A DNA stretch of 64,000 nt, taken from positions 130,079,734 to 130,143,733 of the forward strand of contig NC_068981.1 in the NCBI RefSeq assembly GCF_001194135.2. Direction: 5' to 3'. Below are positions 38,039-51,021 of the stretch, piece by piece; within the stretch, counting starts at the first letter, position 1, and each line of letters opens with the position of its first letter. The stretch comes from Octopus bimaculoides. Its lineage: Eukaryota. The notes below the pieces were generated by a model. That model had not been told where the DNA came from and searched no databases. It saw only the letters and a program-made list of their open reading frames with translations. The position numbers and the translations under genes were made by a program.

Positions 38039-39361
38039 TATATTTATGATGATAAATGGGTTTACCGATAAAGGTTTTTTCATACTGAACTACTTGGCAA
38101 AATTGTTAATTATTAATTCTATTATTAATTGACGATTCCCTGCCCTTGTTCTTGTATATATATATATATATATATAATACTAATATCAAGAGAGGATAGA
38201 GTTGGTATGAAAAACAAATATTCTTAATTGGCTCCATTCTAGTTCATTCATTGCAAATAAAATATGTACTTGACAAAGTACTGGGATCAATGCAGTCAGC
38301 AAAACCACTTTCAAGATGGTCAAAACAGCACAGCTATAACCAGCAAAATATTAATTATATGGCTATAACCAGTAAAATAGATAACCCTATCCTAGTTGCT
38401 TTTCAGCACCTATGCTTCCTATCCTCTAACTGTAAGTAGACTGTTTCTTCACAGTCCTACTGAAAATAATAGTACAGGTGATTACAAAAGGAATAACAAT
38501 GAAAATAACACTTAGCATCCTCATAAAATGCTCTCTATTATTATTCCTGGTTTTATAATTAAACCTTTAATTTTAAATCAAAAACTTTCAAAATTTTAAC
38601 TGAGAACATTTTGTTATGCTTTTGTTTTTATCTGTCAGGAGAAAAGGTAACACACATGACCATTACAGGGACTTTCAGATCAGTCCCACTGCATGGTACC
38701 CTGGACATGGATCCTTTATATTAGTCACAGGCTGTACAAAGCCTTGAATGGATTTGGTAAGCAGAAACTAAAAGAATCCTGTCGTCTATATAGATCATCA
38801 CCATCATTTAATGTCTGTTTTCCATGCTGACATGGGTTGGATGGTTTGACAGGAGCTGGCAAGACAGAGAGCTGCACCAGGCTCCAATTTGTCTGTTTGG
38901 GCATGGTTGTTTCAGTTGGATGCCCTTCCTAATGCCAACCACTTTACAGAGTGCACTGGGTGCTTTTCACATGGCACTGGCATGGGTGCTTTATGTGATG
39001 TTGGCACAGATGCTCTATACGTAGTGCTGGCACACTATAACTGTGTGTGTGTGTGTCTGTGTGTGTTTATATTTGGGGTTTATGAAAGCCACTTGCTGCA
39101 AATGATGAGGTTGCTTTCGTGAACAAATTGCCCACTTGATTTGCACTTTCAAAGATGTCAGAAATAAGAGATCCCCTACTTGAAAATCAGGTAAAAGTTA
39201 GTAACAGGAAGAAAATCTGGCTACAAAACAATACCCAAATACATTCATCTAACTAATGCTAGCACAGGAAAAATGGACATACATTGAATGAAATATGAGT
39301 GAAAAAGGGCAGTATGCTAGCATGGTCACAGTCAAATAGCTGAAACCAGTAACATAATCCT

Positions 39362-40200
39362 TTATTCTACAGGTACAAGGCCTGAAATTTTAGAGGAATG
39401 ATGTAATCAACTACATCAACCCCAATACTCAACGGGTATTATTTTATTGATAATAAGCAAAGTCTATCTAAGTGGAATTTGAACTCAGAATGTTAAGATC
39501 CAGAAGAAATGCTGCTAAGCATTTTATCCAACGTGATAAAGATTCTGCCAAGTCAAAGTTTTAATAATCATTTCTACTACAAGTACAAAACCAGAAATCT
39601 TGAGAGAGAGAGACAGCTAGTTTTTTATGTTGGCCCAAGTGCTTAACTGGTCTTATTTTATTGGCCCTCAAAAGGATGAAAGCAAAGTTGACCTTAGCAG
39701 CATATGAACCAGAATGTAACACTGGGAGAAATGTCACTAAGCATTTTATTGTCTGCTAAGGATTCTGCTAGCTGAACACCTTAATAATGATTTCAAATTT
39801 TGGCACAAGGCCAGCAATTTTGGGGGAGTGGGTAAGTCAATTATATTGACCCTAATACTTAACTGGTACTTATCACTTCAAAAGGATGAAAAGCAAAGTC
39901 AAACTTGGCAGAATTTGTCAACACCTTAATTCCTTTTACTATAGACACAATGCCTGAAATTTTGGGAGAAGGGGCTAGTCAAGTACTTAACAGGTACTTA
40001 TTTTACTGACCCCAAAAGGATGACAGGTAAAGTTTATCTCTACAAAATTGGAACTCAAAATGAAATGAGCTGGAAGAAATGCTGATAAACGTGTCCAACA
40101 TGTTAATGATTCTGCCAGCTCACCACCTTAATAATAATAATAATCTTTTCTACTATAGGCACAAGGGGAGGGGTTAAGTCGATTATATCAACCCCACAAT
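39362..40200 (-). mobile_element. Head-to-tail array of about 5 decayed family-B SINE copies
   Basis: Units begin tt(t/c)tactac/taggcacaaggcc at about 39362, 39575, 39795, 39935 and 40145. Each contains aaggatga.a.gcaaagt and gaatttgaactc-like blocks. Confidence 0.8.
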
Positions 40201-40218
40201 CCATAGGATAAGGGTTTT

Positions 40219-40416
40219 CATCATCATCATCATCGTTTAACGTCCGCTTTCCATGCTAGCATGGGTTGGACAATTTGACTGAGGACTGGTGGACCAGGTG
40301 GTTACACCAGGCTCCAATCTGATTTGGCAGAGTTTCTACAGCTGGATGCCCTTCCTAACGCCAACCACTCCAAGAGTGTAGTGGGTGCTTTTACATACCA
40401 CCGGCACGAAGGCCAG
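40219..40416 (-). mobile_element. Young RTE 3'-tail copy
   Basis: (cat)n-cgtttaacgtccgc...ctggatgcccttcctaacgccaaccactcc. Confidence 0.85.
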
Positions 40417-41263
40417 GTGGTTCAATACCTATTAGGAAAAGAAAGAATTGATTATATCAATCTCAGCACTTGACTGGTATTTTATTTTACTCACTCTGGA
40501 AGGATGAAATGCAATGTTGATCTTAGCAGTATTTGATCTCAGAACTTGAACTGGAACAAATAAATACTGCAAAGTATTTTATCCCATAGTCTAATGATTC
40601 AGCTAAATGATTTCTTACTTAGAAAGTGGAGGGAAGTTGTAGAAGAGGGAGACCCAAGAAGACATGGGATGAAGTAGTGAAGACCAACCTCAAAATTCTG
40701 AACCTTGTAAAGGAGATGACAGAGGACTAGGATATGTAGTGTATTGCTATACTCCAGAAGACCCACCCGCCACAACAGAATTGAGATCCTAAAACCAAGG
40801 TGCTATGTAAAAAGCACTGGTCACAGTGTAACATATAAAGCACCCAAACTGTGTGGAGTGTTTGGCATTATGAAAGGCATCCAGCCACAAAATCTAAGTC
40901 AAAAGATATTATGGAACCTGGGCTTACCAGTTTCTGTCATGCCATCCAACCCATGCCAGCATGGAAAATGGACATTAAATGATGATATTGGTGATGGTAT
41001 TGATGAAAGCCACAAAACCACAGAAACAAAAGTTCTTTCATTTAAAAAACCCACAGATTTAGAAAATGTATCCCAAATATTCGTCTCTTAAAAATGCAAA
41101 CGTTCATATGTATTTTGTTTGTAATAAAGAAAACAGTGTTCAGTATAGACCTAGCTAGTTTATGAAGCAAATAATTAAAAGAATGAAGAATTAATATATA
41201 TCAAAATTATACCAAACACCTCTGTTGAGAAGTTTCATCAAAATTCAACACTAGATAATGTCT

Positions 41264-41660
<397 letters not shown>

Positions 41661-42256
41661 AAAGAGTGTGTGTACGTACGTGCAGAAATAAATACATTTT
41701 TCTTTTGTATTTGTAAATTGAGAGTTTCAAGGAAAACCTCATTGGCATTGAAATGTTCAGTTAACCTTTTTGGTTTTTTTTACCATATTTCTGTTGTTAT
41801 ACACTACCCTTATTTCAATTAATTTTGAAAAATAAAGAATTTATTAAAATAACTGTCATTCTCAGGTTAGTAATTGGAACATAAATTACCATGAAATTTC
41901 AATGGAATGTTTTAAATTAGATTACTTTAAAGTATGAAGTTTGCACCATAAAACTAAAAGCAGACTCAGGTAGGTTGGTATCAAAAGAGTTAACACTTCA
42001 GCATTTAAACTGACCAAAATATTCCAGCTGTTTTATGTTCAAACTAGCCAGATCTGACCTCTCACACCAACCCTACAATATCATTCTAAAAATTAACAGT
42101 TACCTCATCAAAATCTCAAAGCTACAAGATAATGTATGATTAATTCAAAACAATGTGAATAAAAAAGCATTATTCTTAACTGAATAATGTGAATGCTAAG
42201 GAGTTAAATTACATATCGATAGTTATTTTAGAAATTTCAGCATGCGCTATACTTAC

Positions 42257-42341
42257 CGTCCTGATTATAGTTCCAGTGAAGCATACGAGGCGTAGACAAA
42301 GGATCTATATATTCCTGGCAGTCCATTAAGAGAGACGACAT
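42257..42341 (-). CDS. Candidate first coding exon MSSLLMDCQEYIDPLSTPRMLHWNYNQD(+G)
   Basis: ataATGt start (A at -3), 28 open codons of complex composition, consensus donor ACG|gtaagt at 42256. CpGs retained in non-repeat sequence. Upstream context is lost in the gap. No homologue recognised. Confidence 0.5.
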
Positions 42342-42376
42342 TATAATGCTGGCATTAGATTTTACACATACATTTT

Positions 42377-42604
42377 NNNNNNNNNNNNNNNNNNNNNNNN
42401 NNNNNNNNNNNNNNNNNNNNNNNNNNNNNNNNNNNNNNNNNNNNNNNNNNNNNNNNNNNNNNNNNNNNNNNNNNNNNNNNNNNNNNNNNNNNNNNNNNNN
42501 NNNNNNNNNNNNNNNNNNNNNNNNNNNNNNNNNNNNNNNNNNNNNNNNNNNNNNNNNNNNNNNNNNNNNNNNNNNNNNNNNNNNNNNNNNNNNNNNNNNN
42601 NNNN
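42377..42604. other. Assembly gap (N)
   Basis: N run. Confidence 1.
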
Positions 42605-42639
<35 letters not shown>

Positions 42640-44627
42640 GTAGTTCTCTTTCTCTATTAGATATATATGTATATATAAACAGTCAGTCAAATGACTGAGC
42701 CATTGTTTAAGCTAGAGTTCTATATGGCAAACTGACCAATCAGAACAAAAGAATATTTTGAGTGACATTTCAGGGCCTCCAGTTGTTGCGCTTGACTTAA
42801 AGTCATATATGAGGTTTGATGATTTCATTGTAGCAAGATAATGTAAACATTTGAAAGCTTTATAGGATGGTCAGCTGGTGGATGATGTTGAAGACAACAG
42901 TAATTCAGAGTAGCAGAGGTGGTTAGAGGGTGAAAGAGAAAGAATGAAAGAAAGAAGAAACACAGAGGAAGTGAAGTAACCTTTAGCCTTCTGACAGATG
43001 ACAACTTTTGGCTGCTCAACCCCTTACCCAAGCTGCTATAACCTAGCTTCTGTGTATGTGGTCGGTCATTCCTGTAGTGGATTTGTTTGAAGGGAGGTTG
43101 GTAATTTATTTAAAATAGAAAAAAAGAAAAGAAAATTTAATCAAATATATAATTTATATCTGAATAACTTAATGTTCAACCTTTGAACTCCCAAACAACA
43201 AGAGACCATTGTTTCTCTAACCATCTTGAAGAACACACTCTTGTAGCATGACAATACATAGTTAGTATAAGAACCCATATATGGTTGTTTGCCCTGCTAG
43301 AAATAGTAGCCAAAACTCCCTCATAGCATCTTATTATTAAAATAAGAAAGGGACACATGGGTAATCTGTTTCCAAATGCACTCTACCTTGGATAAAGAGG
43401 GATTGTCATGACTAGAATATCTTATCATAGATTGGCTAAAGCAGGGTTAAGAAGCTTGCTTCCCAACCCTGTGATCTTGGGTTCAGTCCCACTGCATAGC
43501 ACCTTGGGAAAGCATCTACAATATCCATATTCCCAGGCTGACCAAAGCCTTGTGAGTAGGTTTGGTACATGGAAAACTGAAAGAATCCTGTCATTGTGTG
43601 TGTTGCCCACTACCACTTGGTGCACACAACCACTGTTAGCTTGTTCATGTCTCTGTAACTTAGTGGTTTGACAAAAGTGACCGATAAAGTAAGTTCCAGA
43701 TTTAAAAAAATAAGTACCAAGTTCAATTTCTTTGACTAAACCTCTCAAGACGATGGCCCAATGACTGAAACAAGTAAAAAAAAAGCTGTATATTTCTATT
43801 TGTCACAGTACATATGGTCCTAGAAAAAACAATGTTAAGTCTATTGAAATAGCATTATTAAAATATTATATGAAATAGCATTATTAAAACATTATTGCAA
43901 GGGCAGCAGATGGCAGAATTAGAAAAGCATTAGATTTGTGCCTTATGTTATTTGGTTATGTCACTTTGCATTCCATGTTTGATACCCAGCAGGTGTTGGT
44001 TGCCTTTCCTTTCAATCCTGGGATTGATAAGATCAGAACCAGCTAAATACTGAGCTAAATTCAATCAACAACATCCCACCCCACAATATTGTGATTTGGT
44101 GGATGTGCTCAAAATCATTATTAAAAACATTTGTCTATTTATTTTCTTTAAAAAAAAATGGGAATGGCTGTGAAGTAAGAAGCTTGCTTCTCAACCAGAT
44201 GGTTCTAGGTCCGTGGCATCTTATACAAGTGGCCTCTACTACAGCCTTGGGCCAGTCAATGCCTTGTGAGTGGATTTGGTAGATGGAAACTGAAAGAAGT
44301 GCGTGTCTCCCACCACTGCTTGACAACTGATGTTGGTGCATTTACTTCCCTGTAACTGAGTGGTTCAACAAAAGAGACTGGTGAAATAAGTATCAAGTAT
44401 AACAAAATTAAGTACTGGGGTCAATTCATTTGACTAAAAATTCTTCAAGGTGGTGCCCCAGCATGGCCAAAAGATGGAAAACTAAAATTAACAGGTTTCA
44501 TATATTATTTTTGTGTATTACATTTAGTATTTAATAAAGTAATTTAATATAAATAAACATTTTACTGGTTGCTTGGGAAGTAAATACAATTCAGTTTTAA
44601 TACCTTGATTTGGAAGAAATACTCTTT

Positions 44628-44827
44628 ATTCTTTTACTTGTTTCAGTCATTTGACTGTGGCCATGCTGGGGCACCACCTTTAGTCGAGCAAATCGACCCC
44701 AGGATATGCTTTGGACGCCTAGTACTTATTCTATCGGTCTCTTTTGCCGAACCGCTAAGTTATGGGGATGTAAACACACTACCATCGTTTGTCAAGCGAT
44801 GTTGGGGTGACAAACACAGACATACAA

Positions 44828-44870
<43 letters not shown>

Positions 44871-45042
44871 CATATATACAATGGGCTTCTTTCAGTTTCC
44901 ATCTACCAAATCCACTCACGAGGCTTTGGTTGGCCCAAGACTATAGTAGAAGACACTTGCCCAAGGTGCCATGCAGTAGGAATGAACCCGGAATCTTGTA
45001 GTTGGTAAGTAAGCTACTTACCACACAGCCACTCCTGTGCCT
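44628..45042 (-). mobile_element. Well-preserved full-length SINE family A
   Basis: Reverse complement has A-box-like TGGCTGTGTGG, B-box-like GGTTCATTCC, CORE-like gcaccttgggcaagt, internal (TG)n and a 3' end atgactgaaacaagtaaaaga. Other copies at about 33835, 43440, 44165, 50826, 52610, 54805, 55372 and 60180. Confidence 0.9.
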
Positions 45043-48037
45043 ATGGTAATATTTTGAATTAAATGAATTGAAAAAATGATATTTTGAATTAAATAAGGTA
45101 ATTGTTTTTAAATAGCAACCTGTGCATCATACTAAAAGCAGATACATCATGGTAAGCATAATTAACTGCAGTATTTATCCTGTGACAATATCTCTGATAG
45201 ATAATACAGTTCATTAGGTTTTCCATAATGTATCTAACTTAGACATGATGAACAGAGCTTTTCCAAAGACATTGACAGTAAAACAATTAATGGCAAAATA
45301 TTCCCAGTCAGAAACTGATATTTTTCTAAGTTTACAAAGAATTTAACATAAAACAATGATATCTATCATTAGATTTGTAATAAGAGATCAGTAAAAGGCA
45401 CATGAACAGTTGTCAATAAAGTAACAAAGACCCCCTAAAGTTACCCTCCAAGGTACAAGTCCAGGCAAAGTTGTTTATGGAAAGCTAGCAGTCACCCATG
45501 CATACCAGCCTCCCTTCTCCTAACCACCAATGTTGTCCAAGGGAAAGGCAAAGGCCGATACAGCTTGGCACAAGTGACGTTGCAACTCATTTCTACATAT
45601 GAGTGAACTGGAGTAACATGAAATAAAGTGTCTTGCTCAAGAGTACAACATACAGCCCAGTTTAGGAACTGAACTCACTACCTCATGGTTGTGAGGCCAA
45701 CACTAACCACTGAGCCATGTGCCTTTACCAATAAAGTAATATTATGGATATAAACATAATTACCAAATTACCAAAGTAAGAAAAATACCATGTAACATTC
45801 GCATCCAATTTCTTGTAGAAATCAGCAAAATTTTCAAACATACCTTTGCAACATGCATGTAACAGAGGGTAAAATTCAGAATATGAAGAAAATATTGGTG
45901 GTAGTTTGTGTTAGCAACAATTAATTCAAAGTGTTTGCTAAGTTTAACCACTGTTAGAGTGAAGAATCTAATGGTGTGAGGTTTTGTTCTTCATCTGAGA
46001 GAAGTATTGTTGTCATAAGCAACAACAATACTTCCTTTTTTTTTTTACCTTAATACTCTGACAAAAAGCAACAACCTGAATCATTTGACTTTTTCATCCT
46101 CATCACAACCATTTCATGGGTATCCTTCCTTGGGTCCTTAACTCTTGATGTAGTCATAAGGTTACCTTCATTTTATACAGTGTGTTTTGGGCATTTAAAA
46201 GCTGGTAGAGCACATAATGTCTAAATCTGATGTGAGTGAGTGAGTGAGTGAGTGAGTGAGTGAGTGACAAAGACAAACAGAGAGTAAGGAAGATCATGGG
46301 CCATGTGATTTCAAACATCATATGAGGACCTGAAGACTCAACAGAGAACCATACAACTGATCAAGAACTTGGGAAAAGAAATGCTGCCCAATGTGCAAAC
46401 ATGCACAGGATAGACTAAAACACAGCTATTGAATTTAAACTCTTCTATGAACACTTATATGCAACAGGGATCATCTACAAAATACCATTCTCATATAACC
46501 AATCAATAATTTAAAAAGTCTGACAGGACTGAAGCATGACATATCTCCATGCACAAAATTTAGGAATTATTCCTAGATATATTAGCTAGTTCAGTGACTC
46601 AGTGTCATAAGTAGTTTTTGAAATTGCAGACAGGGCCTTCAGTACAACAATAATAACAACTGATGTTACTAAAAGGAAATTCTATTTTATTGTTAAAGCA
46701 AACAATACTGTATCATTCTTTTAACAATGGAAAAAGAGGAGTTTATATTTTTATTATTTACTCACATGAAGCAAACAGAGCACTTGACATTTGAAAAACC
46801 ACTTCCAAACTGATGTAATTTGATACTGATAATCAATATGAATTTCTGCTGGTCAATGAGTTAAAAAAGGCATTCACTGAAGTGTTTGGTCTGTGAGACA
46901 AAATAGGAATATCAAAACAATAAGCAGGTGTATTGGATAGACCAATATAGAAGTGAACAACACCTTCTTCGTTCATATAAAGCAAAGTGTATGGTAGCAG
47001 CAGTAGAAGACACAACACCTCTGCAGTCTTGTAGTTGTAACATAATAGTTAAATAAATCTTGGCTGAATCAGCTAGAAAGCCTTGAGAAAAGGATTGATT
47101 AAATGTTTGAGCATACACTAATGTTAATTTCTAATATTAACCACAACTGAGTTTTGTGAGATGTAAACATGATCAATTAAGTCAAACAGAATACTTTTTA
47201 TCAATCTCAGAGTGATGAAAAAGCAAGAGTGAGCCACAAAATTTTAGGAATAAAAACTTGACCGTTCCAACAAAGAACCTCTATATAGTTGTTCACTAAC
47301 AGAAATAGTAACCAAATCCTTCTCAAATCACACCCTACTGTCTTAAAGGGTATTATATAATATTGTTCCAGATACACACTGCTTTAAACAACTAAAAAGA
47401 AACATACCAAATATGCATAACTGGAATACTTTTGATCACCAACAGTTGAGCTGAGACTAAACAATGACAGTAATATTTCAAAAGTTTTTCCATATCTTTG
47501 GATCATCTTGTAAGTGTTAACCAAAACAGAGGCATTAACAATACAGAACTAACCTAGTGTTCTGTTGTTACAAGGAATGGACCAAACAAAATAGTGAATG
47601 AACTAACAAAATATATGTCAGCAATTTTTACCAGGGTGCCACTACTTACAGTGGTGAGTAATTTTTATACTACTGTACTTGCAACTAGGTTGATTATATC
47701 CTGTAACATTAAGTGCCTTAATGAATGATACAGTGCAGTGCCAAAATGTCAAACCACAGACACTTCGGTTGCAAGTTCAATATTCTCAGTCAAAAAGGAA
47801 AATGATGGTTCCAAAAGAGAATCAAAATTAATTTGAAGGCACAGATTACCAGGAACTTACAAACTTTCTGTGGTGCATGCACACATGCATACACATACAT
47901 GTTCAATTTCCAGTTGAGGGATGGATGGCATAATTCACTGAATTTGATACAAATATTTAGTCTTCACTATAAATTTGTGATAAGACCACAAATTTGGGAA
48001 AAGGTTTAGTTGAATGAATCAACCCCAGAATATTGTA

Positions 48038-48185
48038 TTTGAGGGTGGGCTGAAAAGTTCTTGGGCTGACTATGAAGGATTGATACTAGAGATGTGAAAT
48101 CTTGCATGCATTGATTTCAGTGCTTCTTTTTAAATAATTTCACTGTTTCTCTCCAGGTTAACTCACATCTGATTGTTCAAAGAAC
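48038..48185 (+). mobile_element. Mariner 5' terminus fragment
   Basis: gagggtgggctgaaaagttc...ggctgac, same family as 18425-18534. Confidence 0.65.
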
Positions 48186-49793
48186 AGGGTTAACTAAAAG
48201 TCTGAAAACAAATACGGGCATTTAGAATATTTGAAAATGCTTTGGACAAGTAAAGGGTAAATATTTGAAATGTTACAAAGATACAATATGGTCAAATAGG
48301 TAGTGAGAGAGAAGTAATAATCTAGCTGCCTTCAACATCAATCATTTAACTTTTCTACTGATTTTACAGAAGTGGATAATTGTCAGAACATTCTAATAAC
48401 TGATAATTCTGAAATAAAACTAAAAATAAGCCAACAGAGAAAGCAACAACCTCAACTCCTGGTCAAAAACTAGGTCATGCATATTGCTTAAGTCCAAAAC
48501 TCTTGGTCAGCTAAATCTGTCTCATATGCTTCAGATCTGTCTGATAAGAAAACCAACTGAATGAAGCAAGTTCTACCAGCAGAAAAAAAATATAGGATAC
48601 AACTTTACTAGAAAGAAAGAAGCAGTTATGCTCATCTGGATGTGTAATATTGTGTATATGAAGAGACTTGGAAACATAATATAGATTGTTATGGTTTAAG
48701 TAATTTCGTATTTGTAGTTAATTGCTCTCTTGGATAGATTGCAGGACCATATTTTGATTGTGCATTTCATTATTCACTTGGTTTCTACAGCTGGATGCCC
48801 TTCCTATTCACCAACCATTTGGTATTGTTTTGAGTACATTTTATTGTAGCACCAACACCAGGGAGGTTGCCTTTCACTCTGCAACACTAAAGAAGCCTCA
48901 CTATTCTTTGACATATTCATTTAGTAAAGAAAATATGGCAAAAAAAATAAATAGCAGAGAAAAAGAATGAGAACAGAAAAGCCAGGATGGTTGGGTCAAA
49001 AGAGCAAGAGTATAGTAGCCGAAACAAAGTGATTTGGACTAGAAAGTGACAGAGGGGGTAGGAGAAAGAGTGATGGATAATAATTGAAACAGACAATGGT
49101 AAGAATAAGCCACAGATGTCAATAACAAGTAGCTCTGAGCATGTGAGTGACGACTGGTAATACAGAAACAGTGATGGTAGAGTGTACAGGCACAAACAGA
49201 TTTGATGCAATCTCTTATAGATAGGTCTCATGATGGGTGAGAACGGATTGAATATGAGTAGGTTCAATACCATCCCTTGTTACAGAGGCAGCAAAGTACA
49301 GATATATAGAAGGGATCTACTGCCATCTTTAGTTACATGAGTTAACATAGCACATTGAATGAAAGTGAATGATGAAAGAATGAGTGATAGAGGTGAGCAC
49401 ACATCAAACAAGTGAAAGAAGCAGTAAATATAAACTTAACAGGGATATAATGGGTAAGACACACATGATGATAGAGAGAGAAACAGACAATGCCTCTCTG
49501 ACTCCATCACTGTCACCATTTTACATTCGGATTTTGTAATCATTGTGGTTCTTTTCCATGAGGCCAAGTATCCTATACCTGATTCCTCTTATAACTCAGT
49601 TTTTCTTTCAGTTCATTTGCACTCCATCTTTCGACCTGTATCAGGTTAACTATAAACAGAAGCAATCAAGCTATGTCCAAACCATCTATTTTAAATGGGT
49701 GATGAAAGATTGCACTAACTAAAAATTGTAGTGTTATTTCCAATACAAGGATCAGTACTTGTTGCAGTGTGGTGTTTTGTATGTCTCAATAAT

Positions 49794-50197
49794 CCTGAGA
49801 GCTATACCAGTGGACCACAAGCTCCTGGTCAGGTTTCTTATGCTGGACAGGTCGAAGGATAGAGACCAGACTAATATGGACTACGTCTTCTCAGAAGTAA
49901 AAATGGAATTGTGTCAGAGTCAACACCCCTAGCTAGATAAAAGCAAAGTTACAGAAGCAACAATGACAATTCAAAACCAACAAGACCTGGAGAGACCCAG
50001 GGAAAGCATAATCCCACAAAAAAGTAGATGTGAGGACATGCTAAAATCAGTAAGAGGAAGAATGTTGAGACAGAGCTGAAAAATCAAGGACCCTACTAGA
50101 CAGAAACAAAAAAGACAGCCCAGAATCAAGAACAGTGGAAAAAAGTTGTTGATAGCCTATGCTCCTTAAGGAGTGAAGAGATTAAAGAAAGAAGAAA
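49794..50197 (+). mobile_element. Short RTE-derived element joining an RTE-like 5' leader to the ORF C-terminus
   Basis: 5' gctggacaggtcgaaggatagagaccagactaa resembles RTE 5' UTRs as recalled. The 3' part translates NVETELKNQG...KTAQNQEQWKKVVDSLCSLRSEE, followed by an (AGA)n-like tail. Confidence 0.6.
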
Positions 50198-50261
50198 AGG
50201 GTTGTCTAATGAAGGTAGATGGTAGAGTGGTTAGGATGTTGGATTTGTGATTATTGAACTG

Positions 50262-50486
50262 TATGAGGGTGGGGGTGCTGAAAAGTTCCTGGCTTTAAGG
50301 CTACTGTAAAAGGCCTGGTTGGAGACCCAACCTTCCAAGTTCTTTTACAGGGCTCAGAAGAACTGAAGGAGCACTGCAATAAGTGTGTGAACATGAGAGG
50401 GGAATATGTTGAATAAAATCATAATTAACTGATCCTCCTGCATTTTCTTTAACCCAAAGCCAGGAACTTTTCAACACCCCCTCACA
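50262..50486 (+). mobile_element. Mariner-derived MITE
   Basis: TIRs gggtgctgaaaagttcctggcttt / aaagccaggaacttttcaacaccc. The core encodes a mariner C-terminal remnant (HCNKCVNMRGEYVE*). Confidence 0.85.
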
Positions 50487-50985
50487 GGTTTGATACTTGA
50501 ACCAGGTAATACAATGTGCACTGGAGTAAGGCATTGCATTTTACATTAACCCAGTCCATCGATCTGAAAATGATCACCAGTGACAGCTAAGAGTAACTCT
50601 GCAATGGTCTAGCACCCCATTCAAACAAGGGTGGGTCAGGGAAACTTGTACACTCAATCATCTAAGTGCTTTGAAAACTGTAGAACAGGCCTAACCAGTA
50701 GATTCAAAGCAGACAAAGAGAGGATATTACTTATGGGAGATTTGGTTGGTATTTGTAGCAGGTCCAGCTACTGTAAAGAATTTATTCGTGAATTTCAAAG
50801 AAAATTAAAAGGAGAATTCAGATACAGGCACAGGCATGGCTGTGTGATAAAATGTTTGCTTCCCAACTTTATGGATCCGGGTTCAGTCCTGCTGCATGGG
50901 ACCTTGAGCAAGTCTCTTCTGCTATAGCCTCAGTTTGAGCAAAGCCTTGTGAGTGGATTTGGTAGACAAAAACTGAAAGAAGCCT

Positions 50986-51021
<36 letters not shown>

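Noticed and set aside
46766-46790. Fourth phase-1 mini-exon MSSALFAS(T|gtgagt) on the minus strand
   Set aside because: Only 8 codons with weak start context, and it ends in T rather than G; easily arises by chance.
48353-48455. Plus-strand acceptor (ttttacAG) followed by about 33 open codons
   Set aside because: No recognisable protein and no partner exons on that strand.
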